Below, piece after piece: positions 32,303 through 41,481 of a DNA stretch of 64,000 nucleotides. How positions within the stretch are numbered: the stretch's first letter is position 1; each line of letters begins with the position of its first letter. The notes under the pieces were generated by a model that was not told the origin of the DNA, did not search any database, and saw only the letters and a program-made list of their open reading frames with translations. The position numbers and the translations under genes were made by a program. Origin of the DNA: Candidatus Eiseniibacteriota bacterium (GTDB taxonomy: Bacteria > Eisenbacteria > RBG-16-71-46 > CAVPCR01); the NCBI GenBank assembly GCA_963823555.1, contig CAWGMA010000001.1, positions 2,080,001 through 2,144,000 on the forward strand, written 5' to 3'.

Positions 32303-32812
32303 ATGCGCATCCATCACCAGCAGACCGCCAGGCGCGCTCTCCGCGCCGCGCTCGCCGTCGTGATCATCCCCACCCTGATGGCCGTCGCCGCGCCCCCCGC
32401 CCAGGCCGACGGGCGACCGGCGCGCTGGAAGAGCCGTGTCGGGCCCACCGAGCATCCGATCCGGCATGAGCGCCACCCGAAGCACCAGCGTCAGGTCCAG
32501 AAGCGCGCCCGCCCCTGCCCCTGCGGCCGCCGCGTTCATGCCGGGCGGCCGACGTGGTGCCCGGGCCCCGAACGCGTCCTCATCTACGAGAGCCATCCCT
32601 TCTACCTTCATGGGGGGTTCGGCGTCTACTTCGGCGGCGGCGCGATCAACGTCGCGATCGGGAGCAGACCACCACGCGGCTACCGCTACATCGACCCCGT
32701 ATGCCATCGCTCCTTTGCAAGCGTGGCTCAATACCGCAACCATCTTCGGGGTCACGACCACCCCGGGTTCCTCGAGGTCGCGCCGATCGACGACCGGATC
32801 GCCTGCCGCTAG
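32303..32812 (+). CDS. Secreted hypothetical protein with a zinc-finger-like C-terminus
   Basis: AAGGAG SD; signal peptide ending AQA; His/Arg-rich. Confidence 0.7.
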   Translation: MRIHHQQTARRALRAALAVVIIPTLMAVAAPPAQADGRPARWKSRVGPTEHPIRHERHPKHQRQVQKRARPCPCGRRVHAGRPTWCPGPERVLIYESHPFYLHGGFGVYFGGGAINVAIGSRPPRGYRYIDPVCHRSFASVAQYRNHLRGHDHPGFLEVAPIDDRIACR

Positions 32813-33039
32813 GGCCTTCTGCCGAGCTCGATCCATCCTGCCGGGCGCGGGATCCCCTCGGCCCGGCAGGTCTTTCTCCGGGCGCGACCAGAGGCTAGAC
32901 TCCTCCCGGAACAGCTCCTGCCCCGGCAAACGTCGCTGCGGCCCTGGACCGTGCAGGGTTCGGTGGGCATTTCCCGCAACGCCCGGCCCTCAGGCGGTGT
33001 CCTACTCCAGGGGATCCAACCATTCAAAGAGGTCGAAGA

Positions 33040-35331
33040 ATGCCTGGCACGAATCGCCGCCGCCTCGCGAGCGCGGCAGTGTTGTTCGCAGCCCTCATCG
33101 CAGGTCCAATGGCCGCCGCCGAGGACCCTCCCGGCTGGCCGCGGGAGATCGACACTCCCGAGGGTCACATCATTCACACCTACCAGCCCCAACCGGAGAC
33201 CTTGAACGGCGACGTGCTCACCGGACGCGCGGCATGTTCGGTGACTGCCAAGGGTTCCAGCGAGCCGGTCTTTGGCGTGATGTGGCTCTCGAGCCGGATC
33301 GAGACCGACCGGGACGAGCGCATCTACCATGTGAAGGATCTCAAGATCACCAAGGTCCGCTTCCCCGAAGCGACTCCGGACCAGGAGAAGGCCTTCATCG
33401 ACATCGTGCAGGAGGAGGTCTCCGCGTGGGATCTCTCCGGATCGCTCGACCAGCTGACGGCCACCCTGGCCGCCACCGAGAGGGAGAGAGAGTCGGCGGC
33501 CGCGCTCAAGGCCGATCCGCCCAAGGCGATCGTCTCCGAGGAGCCGGCGGTCCTCCTGCTCTTCGATGGCGAGCCCAAGTGGAGCCCGATCGAATCATCG
33601 AACCTCGAGCGCGTCATCAATACGCCGTACCTCGTCGTGCGCAGCAAGGGCGCCCGCACGGCCTACCTGAACGGCTCGGGGTACTGGTACTCGGCCTCCG
33701 ACGCCAAGGGGCCGTGGCAGAAGAACGCCTCACCGCCCCAGGAGATCGCGGGGCTCGTCGCACCGGATAGCACGTCGCTGGCGGCCCAGCAGATCCCGCC
33801 GCCCGCGATCGTGGTGTCGACGGAGCCGACCGAACTGATCGCCTTCACCGGCAAACCGAACTACGCGCCGATCACGGGGACCGATCTCCTGTACGCCTCC
33901 AATACCGAGAGCGACATCTTGCGAGATATGAAGACGCAGGATGTCTACTGGCTCGTGTCCGGCCGCTGGTTCAAGAGCAGGAGCCTCGAGGGGCCCTGGT
34001 CCTTCGTCCCGCCGGATGAGATTCCAGCCGATTTCGCCCTGATTCCCTCCGAGGCGCCGGTCGGCGAGGTTCGCGCCAGCATCCCGGGAACCGACGAGGC
34101 CGAGGAGGCCGTGGCCGACGCCCAGATCCCGCAGACGCAGACCATCAAGCGGGACGCCACCATCACCGTGACCTATGACGGCGATCCCAGGTTCGAGAAG
34201 ATCGCCGGCACCGAGATCGAGTCCGCGGTCAATACGAGCTACACCGTGCTCAAGATCAAGGGCGGCTACTACTGCTGCAACGAGGCCGTATGGTACGAAT
34301 CGACGAGCCCCAGGGGACCGTGGAAGGTGGCGACGGAGAAGCCGAAGGAGGTCGACCAGATCCCGCCCAGCGATTCCGCCTACAACACCAAGTTCGTGGA
34401 AGTCTATGATGACTCGAAGCCGGACGTCGTCGTCGTCGGCTACACGCCCGCCTACATGGGCTGGTATCCGTACTACGGGTCGGTGTGGTACGGCACCGGT
34501 TACCGTTATCCGTGCTGGCACGGACCGTACTACTACCCCCGGCCCGTCACCTATGGCTTCCATGCTCACTACAACCCATGGTACGGATGGAGCTTCGGCA
34601 TGAGCTGGAGCATGGGGTTCATGAGCGCGGGCATGAGCTGGGGCGGCCACGGCGGCTACTATCGTCCGCCGCATCACGGCGGCTGGTATGGCCCCGGCGG
34701 CTATCGTCCACCGCCCGTGTTCATCAACACGGGGAGCATCCATATCGGCAACAAGGTCAACATCGGCAATCAGATCGGTTCCGGCAATCGGCCGCGGCCC
34801 ACCCCGTACAACCGTGACCAGAACATCTACAACCGGCCCGAGAATCGGGATCGCAACGTCCCGGCCACGCGGGATCGGCCGGCCGGCAAGCAGCCCAAGA
34901 TGGCCAACGATCGCAAGAACGACGTGATCAGCAGCCGTGAAGGCGATCTCTACCGGCGCAACCCCGACGGGAGCTGGGACAAGCGGCAGCCGACGCGCGA
35001 GTGGAAACCGGATTCGCCGGGTAGCGGGGCCGGCGCGCGGCCCGAGACCCGGCCGGCGCAACCGCAGCAGCCGACGACGCGGCCCGCACAACCAGCGCGG
35101 CCCGAGACCCGGCCCGCGCAACCGCAGCAGCCGACGACCCGGCCCGCACAGCCAACCCGGCCCGAGACCCGGCCTGCACAGCCGCAGCAGCGGGACCGGA
35201 GCCAGATGGAACGCGACTACCGAGCGCGTCAGCGCGGATCGCAGAATGCGCAGCGCGCTCAGCAGGCGCGCCCGCAGCAGCGGCCTTCCCAGCCGGCGCC
35301 GCGGCCTTCGGGTGGGGGGCGGCGCCGCTAG
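33040..35331 (+). CDS. Large secreted hypothetical protein with a Tyr/Gly/Pro-rich segment and a Pro/Gln/Arg repeat tail
   Basis: Signal peptide; globular core with recurring GPW motifs; low-complexity C-terminus. Confidence 0.85.
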   Translation: MPGTNRRRLASAAVLFAALIAGPMAAAEDPPGWPREIDTPEGHIIHTYQPQPETLNGDVLTGRAACSVTAKGSSEPVFGVMWLSSRIETDRDERIYHVKDLKITKVRFPEATPDQEKAFIDIVQEEVSAWDLSGSLDQLTATLAATERERESAAALKADPPKAIVSEEPAVLLLFDGEPKWSPIESSNLERVINTPYLVVRSKGARTAYLNGSGYWYSASDAKGPWQKNASPPQEIAGLVAPDSTSLAAQQIPPPAIVVSTEPTELIAFTGKPNYAPITGTDLLYASNTESDILRDMKTQDVYWLVSGRWFKSRSLEGPWSFVPPDEIPADFALIPSEAPVGEVRASIPGTDEAEEAVADAQIPQTQTIKRDATITVTYDGDPRFEKIAGTEIESAVNTSYTVLKIKGGYYCCNEAVWYESTSPRGPWKVATEKPKEVDQIPPSDSAYNTKFVEVYDDSKPDVVVVGYTPAYMGWYPYYGSVWYGTGYRYPCWHGPYYYPRPVTYGFHAHYNPWYGWSFGMSWSMGFMSAGMSWGGHGGYYRPPHHGGWYGPGGYRPPPVFINTGSIHIGNKVNIGNQIGSGNRPRPTPYNRDQNIYNRPENRDRNVPATRDRPAGKQPKMANDRKNDVISSREGDLYRRNPDGSWDKRQPTREWKPDSPGSGAGARPETRPAQPQQPTTRPAQPARPETRPAQPQQPTTRPAQPTRPETRPAQPQQRDRSQMERDYRARQRGSQNAQRAQQARPQQRPSQPAPRPSGGGRRR
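35038..35190 (+). repeat. 60-bp tandem repeat, about 2.5 copies, encoding RPETRPAQPQQPTTRPAQP[AT]
   Basis: CCCGAGACCCGGCC recurs at 35041, 35101 and 35161. Confidence 0.9.
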
Positions 35332-35373
35332 CGCTGAGCCGGCGGCACGGAGGGAACCGGCCATTGGCAGGTG

Positions 35374-36627
35374 TCAGGCGGAGCGACCGCTCTCGAGCCT
35401 CGTCGCGACCGGACCGCTGATCACGGACACCGAGCGACCCGGGCCCAGCCGGTAGCGGATCCCGCACCAGTCGATCTCCCGCTTTGCGGCGGCGGCCAGG
35501 TGGCAGGCGAGCATGACCCAGGTCATGGCCGGAGCGAGTGCGACATGAGCCCAGCGTCGGCGGTCCCATCCCGGCACGCGGGCGAGCGGACGGGAGGCCA
35601 GGGAGCGGAAGCGAGCATGCGTCCGACCCACGGCCAGCACCGTCGGCAAGGCGAGGATGCCGGCCGCAAGCGCGCGGCCTGGGGTTCCCCCGGGCACGGT
35701 CGCTGGACCCAGCGCCACGGCGATCGCCCCCAGCTGCGTGGCCGCCAGGGCGGCGTGATAGGCCAGGGATGTTCCCCAGAGGATCGCGCTTCCCCACTTG
35801 AGCATCGCCACCTGACGCACGGCGAACTCCGCTCCGGCGCCGAGCGTGATCTCACCGAACGAGGGGATGACGCACTCGGGGACGAAACGGATTCCCCCGC
35901 CGGCGGCACGCACGGCCTGAGTCACCGCCATGTCATCGGAGAGCGCCGTTCTCCAGACCTGGCCGATGGCGAGCCCATCGAGATCCTCGCGGCGGATGGC
36001 GAGCGACCCGCCCCAGGCGAAGGCACGCCGCGGATCGGCCACCATGCCGAGCGCGGCGGCGGAGAAGGCGCTGCGCAAGAGACTGCCCAGCCCTTTCCCG
36101 GGGACATACCAGCGGAACCCGGTGGTCACCCGGGGCTTCCGCACCTCCCCCTCCGGTGCCTCGAGAAGCGGCCCCACGAGATCCCGCAACCAGCTTCGAT
36201 GGGGGCGGGCGTCGGCATCGACGAGGATGATGACCGCGGCATCGCCGATGGCGCCGAGTCCGGCCACCAGGTTGGCCGCCTTCTGGCTCGACCCGTGCGC
36301 GCGCCCCGCTCGCACGACGCGCATCCCATCAAGCAGCTCTTTGCGTTCAAGCGCAGCAATCTGTACAGCGGCCTCGCGCGGGTCGCCGCCCCCTTCACGC
36401 TCCTCCTCGATGACCAGGACGACGTGGTAATCGGGATAGTCCTGTACGCGAAGGGAGTCCAGGAAGGCTGCCAGGGCCGGAACTTCCCCGGCGATCGGGG
36501 CGATCACGGCGGCTCTCGGGAACGTGTCGGTCGCGGTGCGGCGCGCCGGCAGTGGCCAGCTCGGACTCCTCGCCGTGAGCCAGAGCAGAACCACAGCCAG
36601 GCCGATGAGGATGATCATGCCGCCCAC
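35374..36627 (-). CDS. Glycosyltransferase, GT2/GT21 (ceramide glucosyltransferase / HpnI-like)
   Basis: QDYPDY, SQKAANL, LVDAD, TGFRWY, AWGGS, LSDD; C-terminal IDWCGIRY. Confidence 0.85.
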   Translation of the reverse strand: MGGMIILIGLAVVLLWLTARSPSWPLPARRTATDTFPRAAVIAPIAGEVPALAAFLDSLRVQDYPDYHVVLVIEEEREGGGDPREAAVQIAALERKELLDGMRVVRAGRAHGSSQKAANLVAGLGAIGDAAVIILVDADARPHRSWLRDLVGPLLEAPEGEVRKPRVTTGFRWYVPGKGLGSLLRSAFSAAALGMVADPRRAFAWGGSLAIRREDLDGLAIGQVWRTALSDDMAVTQAVRAAGGGIRFVPECVIPSFGEITLGAGAEFAVRQVAMLKWGSAILWGTSLAYHAALAATQLGAIAVALGPATVPGGTPGRALAAGILALPTVLAVGRTHARFRSLASRPLARVPGWDRRRWAHVALAPAMTWVMLACHLAAAAKREIDWCGIRYRLGPGRSVSVISGPVATRLESGRSA

Positions 36628-36635
36628 TCCAACGT

Positions 36636-37976
36636 CTAGCTGACGGCCAGGCCGGGCACCGCTTCGGGCTTGAGAAGATCCTCGAGCGTTACTCCCTGGA
36701 CCGCCTCGGCGGATGCGGTGCGCATCTTCATCAGCACGCCGGAAACCCGCCGATCGGCCTCCGGCACGAGCTCGAGATCCCCTGCGCTCTGGACCAGCGA
36801 CTCCACCGAGATCGTCGCCGGCGGGCGCGCGAGCTGGAACGCCCCTTCGGGATGCGCCACGGCGATGACGAGCCCGGCCACCTCCAGCCGCTCGAGGACC
36901 CCCTCGACCTGCGCGGCATCGATCTCCAGTTCCTCGGCCAGGTCATCGGGTGCGGAGGGCCCGAGACCACGGCGGAAACGATCGGCGATGAGCACGGCGA
37001 GCTTCACGGCGAGATAGGAGCTGCTCAGCCGCTCGCCAAGATGCTTCAGGATCTCCCGGCGCCGGATCTGGTGAAAGTGATGGCCCGCGTAGGCCACCTC
37101 GGCGCCGAGGAGAATGATCACCCAGCTGACGTATAGAAAGAGCAGGAAGATGGGAATGGTTCCCAGGGTGCCGTACGTGTTCTTGTAGGTGACATTCTCG
37201 GCCACGTACCACGCCACCCCGCTCTTGGTCTGCTCCCACAGGGCGCAGGCGACGATGGCCCCGCCCGCAGCCGCGCCGACACGGACCCGCGTGTAAGGCA
37301 GCTTCAGGTAGAGCACGAAGAAGGCGAGCGCCGAGACCACGAACGGAAAGAGAAAGCTCAGACTCCACTGCGTGAGTGACGACTCCCACCCTTGCGTGAA
37401 GAGCAGATCCGCAATGCGGGATCGCATGTACATCGACGCGGCGAGGAGCAGCGGCGAGAGGGTGAGCACGGTCCAGAACACCGTCACCCGACCGACGAAG
37501 GTCCGTCGCCGGCGCACGCCGAAGATGTCGTTGAAGACATTCTCGATCGAAAGCAGCAATGAGATCGAAAAGGCGATGAGAACGAGAACGCTGACAACAC
37601 TGGTCAAGGCATCGGCGGTCTCGATGCGGCGCGTGCTGGCGGCGAATGCCCGGTCGATGAAGGTCTCGATCGCCGCGGCATCCTCGGGCGGCAAGGCGCC
37701 GATGGTGAGATTGACCAGGAAGCGCCGCCCTTCCTGGATCCAGCGTTCGAGCGGGGTCACGGCCTGAGCGATCAGAAGGAACAGAGTCGTCAGCGGCACC
37801 AGGGTGAAGAGGGTGCCGTAGGCCAGGCCGAGCGCCCGCTCGAAGCAGCGCGATCGGCGGAACTCGCTGGCGGTGAAGTAGCCGAGGCGCAGCCCGTTGA
37901 GCACAAAGCGGCTGATGCGACCGGGCGGCTCGGCCTCGAGCAGGAGCCGGCGCATCGAACTCCTGAACAGACTCAT
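36636..37976 (-). CDS. YihY/BrkB family membrane protein with C-terminal winged HTH
   Basis: LAYGTLFTLVP, IENVFNDIF, YGTLGTIPIFLLFLYVSWVIILLGAEV; start moved to MSLFRSS (GAGGAAG SD). Confidence 0.9.
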   Translation of the reverse strand: MSLFRSSMRRLLLEAEPPGRISRFVLNGLRLGYFTASEFRRSRCFERALGLAYGTLFTLVPLTTLFLLIAQAVTPLERWIQEGRRFLVNLTIGALPPEDAAAIETFIDRAFAASTRRIETADALTSVVSVLVLIAFSISLLLSIENVFNDIFGVRRRRTFVGRVTVFWTVLTLSPLLLAASMYMRSRIADLLFTQGWESSLTQWSLSFLFPFVVSALAFFVLYLKLPYTRVRVGAAAGGAIVACALWEQTKSGVAWYVAENVTYKNTYGTLGTIPIFLLFLYVSWVIILLGAEVAYAGHHFHQIRRREILKHLGERLSSSYLAVKLAVLIADRFRRGLGPSAPDDLAEELEIDAAQVEGVLERLEVAGLVIAVAHPEGAFQLARPPATISVESLVQSAGDLELVPEADRRVSGVLMKMRTASAEAVQGVTLEDLLKPEAVPGLAVS

Positions 37977-38243
37977 CGCTGGCTTCCTCGAGGGCCGCCA
38001 CACCCTGGGCGGGGTTCTGTCCGCGTCCCGATCATCGCGGATCATCATAGCGGATGCCGGCCCCATCCGCTGGCGGGGGATCTCCCGCCCGCCTTTCTCA
38101 CATGGCCAGGCGGAGATACGGGCCTCCGTCGGGGTCCGGCGCCCGCCGCCCGCGTCGCGCCCCGCTTGACCGACCTTCCGCTGCGGTGGCAGACTCCGCC
38201 GGATCCATAGATGGGCACTCTGAATCCAGGGAAGGAGTCGATC

Positions 38244-39485
38244 ATGTGTAGAAAGCAGCTTGGGGCGGCCTCGGTCATGCTTGCCCTCGCTGTGACCCTT
38301 ACTGCAGGGCTCGGCGGCTGTGGCAAAGGCAAGGAAGCCCAGCAAGGCGAATCCGCGGCGGGAGGTTCCTCCGCCGATCTCTACGCCCGGGGTGAGGCCG
38401 CCTATCTGGCGAGAAATGACGCCGAGGCCTTTGCGCTCCTGGGCGAGATTCCCGATGGCGCCCCGGAGAAGGCGAAGGCCCACAACCTGCGCGGTCTCAT
38501 CCAGGCGCGGGGTGGCAACATGGCCCTCGCCACCATCGAGTTCAACGAGGCTCTGAAGGCAGATCCCAGCTTCGCCCAGGCGCATAACAACCTCGGCGTC
38601 CTGCATCTGTCCGAGGGTCGCCCCGAAGAAGCCATCCCCGCCTTCCAGGCGGCGATCAAGGCTGACACGTACTACCTGCCACCGCACCAGGGCCTGGCCG
38701 AGGCTTATTACAAGACCGGACGCCTCGATGACGCCAAGGCCGAGCTCCGCGTGGCCGAGGAACTCGCTCGCTCGCAAGCGGCATCGAGCGCGGCCGTTGC
38801 GCAGGACCTGCAGATCGGCCAGCCGCTCGACGTTGCCGAGCTCATCGCGCAAGAGGAAACCGCGGCCGCCAAGCCCAAGCCCAAGCCGGCCGCGCCGGCT
38901 CAGCCGGCAACCAAGCCCGCGCCGCCCAAGCCGACGACCAAGATCGTGACCACGCAGGTCTCGGCACCGGCCGGCACCCAGATCACGATCGCGCTCGACC
39001 AGGCGTTGTCGACCGAAACCAACAAGACCGGAGAGGCGGTGCAGGGACGCGTCGTCGGCACCGTGATGGCCGGCGCGGACACATTGATCCGAGCTGGAGC
39101 CCCGGTGAAGGGGACGATCGCCAATGCGAAGAGCGCCGGCCGCGTCAAGGGACAGTCGGAGCTCGCGATCGCCTTCACCGAGGTGATGACCGTCGCCGGC
39201 TGGCGTGAGATCCAGGCGCACATGGTCGAGGGCACGCTCAAGGGCGGCAGCTCGATCGGCAAGGACGCCGCCAAGGTCGGAATCGGGGCTGCTGCCGGGG
39301 CCGCGATCGGCGGCATCGTGGGTGGCAAGGCGGGGACCGGAGCTGCGATCGGGGGCGCTGCCGGCACGGCGGCGGTCCTCGCCACCAAGGGCAAGGAGAT
39401 CGAGCTCGCTCCCGGCACCAGCATGGGATTCGCCCTCGATCAACCGCTCTCAGTCACGGTCGAGAAGACCGTACCGGCGAACTAG
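38244..39485 (+). CDS. TPR lipoprotein with TrbI/VirB10-like C-terminal domain and glycine zipper
   Basis: AAGGAG SD; lipobox LGGC; TPRs (AHNLRG, AHNNLG); PAGTQITIALDQALST...; GAAAGAAIGG. Confidence 0.8.
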   Translation: MCRKQLGAASVMLALAVTLTAGLGGCGKGKEAQQGESAAGGSSADLYARGEAAYLARNDAEAFALLGEIPDGAPEKAKAHNLRGLIQARGGNMALATIEFNEALKADPSFAQAHNNLGVLHLSEGRPEEAIPAFQAAIKADTYYLPPHQGLAEAYYKTGRLDDAKAELRVAEELARSQAASSAAVAQDLQIGQPLDVAELIAQEETAAAKPKPKPAAPAQPATKPAPPKPTTKIVTTQVSAPAGTQITIALDQALSTETNKTGEAVQGRVVGTVMAGADTLIRAGAPVKGTIANAKSAGRVKGQSELAIAFTEVMTVAGWREIQAHMVEGTLKGGSSIGKDAAKVGIGAAAGAAIGGIVGGKAGTGAAIGGAAGTAAVLATKGKEIELAPGTSMGFALDQPLSVTVEKTVPAN

Positions 39486-39497
39486 GAACCACTCGGG

Positions 39498-40325
39498 ATG
39501 AGCGCCCGGGCGCGGCACAAGGCCGTTCGCCCCACCGCCGCCACGAAGGAGCGCCGCGCTCGTCCGGCCAAGGCAAAGGCCAGGTCCACCCAGGAGCGCG
39601 GCCGCGCGCCCATGCGCGCGGCCGCCGCTCCCCGCCCCAGCAAGACCACCGCGCCGCGCTCCGGCAAGTCCACCCCTCCCCCCCTCGACCTCGCGGCCGA
39701 AAAGCGGCGCGCCCGCACGCTCAACCGGCGCCTGGCCACCGCCCACCCGGATGCTCGCTGCAGTCTCGATCACTCCTCGCCGCTCGAGCTCCTCGTGGCC
39801 ACGATCCTCTCCGCCCAGTGCACCGATGAGCGAGTGAACCTGGTCACTCCGATTCTCTTCCGGCGCTATCCGACCGCCGAAGATCTCGCCAGCGCGAGGC
39901 AGGAGGACATCGAGGAACTCGTACGCTCGACGGGTTTCTTTCGCAACAAGGCCCGGGCCATCAAGGGAGCGGCGACCCTCATCGCCGAGCGCCACGACGG
40001 AACCGTTCCCGATTCGATGGAGGAGCTCCTGACGCTGCCGGGAGTGGCACGCAAGACCGCCAACGTCGTCCTCGGCACCGCCTTCGGGAAGGCCGCCGGA
40101 GTCGTCGTCGACACCCATGTGACGCGCGTCGCGGGGCGCCTCGGCCTGACCAGGGAGCGAGACCCCGAGAAGATCGAGCGCGACCTGATGGCGCTTCTGC
40201 CGCAAGGAGAGTGGGTGGCCTTCAGCCACCGCGTGATCCATCATGGCCGCCGCATCTGCACGGCCCGCAAGCCACGCTGCACCGAATGCCCGCTCGCCGA
40301 TCTGTGCCCGTCCGCAGAGATCTGA
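39498..40325 (+). CDS. nth: Endonuclease III
   Basis: LSAQCTD, HhH motif LPGVARKTANVV, VVDTHV, CTARKPRCTECPLADLC 4Fe-4S motif. Confidence 0.95.
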   Translation: MSARARHKAVRPTAATKERRARPAKAKARSTQERGRAPMRAAAAPRPSKTTAPRSGKSTPPPLDLAAEKRRARTLNRRLATAHPDARCSLDHSSPLELLVATILSAQCTDERVNLVTPILFRRYPTAEDLASARQEDIEELVRSTGFFRNKARAIKGAATLIAERHDGTVPDSMEELLTLPGVARKTANVVLGTAFGKAAGVVVDTHVTRVAGRLGLTRERDPEKIERDLMALLPQGEWVAFSHRVIHHGRRICTARKPRCTECPLADLCPSAEI

Positions 40326-40397
40326 GCAGCGACAGAGTCCCGCGCACTGCTGGACGCGGGGGCGAGGCTCAACGCTGTGGGGATGCAGCTTCCCGAT

Positions 40398-41465
40398 CTA
40401 CATCGACATCACGCCGAGACCGCGCCTGAGCTCGTAACCTGCCGCCGGTCCCTCGATCTTGCGGCCAAGCGCCTGCACGATGATCCCGAGCTCCCACATC
40501 AGCTGATCGAACATATCGGGTGTCAGCGCCTGCTCGCCGTCGGATAGCGCCTCCTCCGGCTTGTGATGCACCTCCACCATGATGCCGTCGGCGCCCACCG
40601 CCACCGCGGCGCGGGCGAGCGGAGTGACCTTCTCCCGCCGGCCGGTGCCGTGACTCGGATCGACGATGACCGGAAGATGAGAAATCCAGCGCACCGTCGG
40701 CACGGCGCTCAGATCGAGCGTATTGCGAGTGTGCTGCGCAAAGGTCCGCACGCCGCGCTCGCACAGCATGACCTGGTGGTTTCCCTCCATCATGATGTAC
40801 TCGGCGGCCAGCAGCCATTCCTCGATCGTCGCCGACATGCCGCGCTTGAGCATCACCGGCTTGCGCGAACGTCCTGCATGCTTCAGGAGAGAGAAGTTCT
40901 GCATGTTGCGGGCACCGATCTGCACGATGTCGCAGTGCTCGACGATCTGGTCGAGGGACTCGTTGTCGACGGCCTCGGAGATGGTCACGAGTCCGGTCTC
41001 GCGCTTGACGGCGGCCAGGATCTCGAGGCCGGGCTTGCCCAGACCCTGGAAGCTGTAAGGCGAAGTACGAGGCTTGAAGGCCCCGCCCCGGTAGATGCGA
41101 GCGCCGGCCTGACGGGCGGCGTGCGCCACTGTCATCGCCTGTTCCAGGCTCTCGATGGCGCACGGACCGGCCATCACCACCACCTCCTCCCCACCGATCT
41201 TGACGTCACCGATCTGGATGACCGTCCGCCCCTGGCGCGTCTCGCGACTCGCCAGCTTGAACGGGCGCGTGATGGGGATGATGGTGGAGACCCCCGGCAG
41301 CGCCTGGAGATGATCGCGCTCGATCCGGCCGTGATGATTGGTGACGCCGATCGCGACCCGGCTGTCGCCGGGAATCGGGTGAGCCTGTGCGCCGTGGCGC
41401 TCGATCTCGGCGATGACATGCTGAATCTGATCTCGAGTCGCGGGGCGACCCATCACCACGAGCAT
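40398..41465 (-). CDS. aroF: DAHP synthase, type I-beta, with N-terminal regulatory domain
   Basis: AGPCAIE, GGAFKPRTSPYSFQG, QIGARNMQN, LKRG, CERG, VDPSH. Confidence 0.95.
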   Translation of the reverse strand: MLVVMGRPATRDQIQHVIAEIERHGAQAHPIPGDSRVAIGVTNHHGRIERDHLQALPGVSTIIPITRPFKLASRETRQGRTVIQIGDVKIGGEEVVVMAGPCAIESLEQAMTVAHAARQAGARIYRGGAFKPRTSPYSFQGLGKPGLEILAAVKRETGLVTISEAVDNESLDQIVEHCDIVQIGARNMQNFSLLKHAGRSRKPVMLKRGMSATIEEWLLAAEYIMMEGNHQVMLCERGVRTFAQHTRNTLDLSAVPTVRWISHLPVIVDPSHGTGRREKVTPLARAAVAVGADGIMVEVHHKPEEALSDGEQALTPDMFDQLMWELGIIVQALGRKIEGPAAGYELRRGLGVMSM

Positions 41466-41481
41466 GGGAATCCTCTGCTTT

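Noticed and set aside
35038..35190. Possible CRISPR array
   Set aside because: In-frame 60-bp coding repeat with no unique spacers and no cas genes.
37977..39443. N-terminal half of the 935-aa ORF 36636-39443 as a YihY fusion
   Set aside because: It is the antisense shadow of the TPR lipoprotein gene; YihY starts at about 37976.
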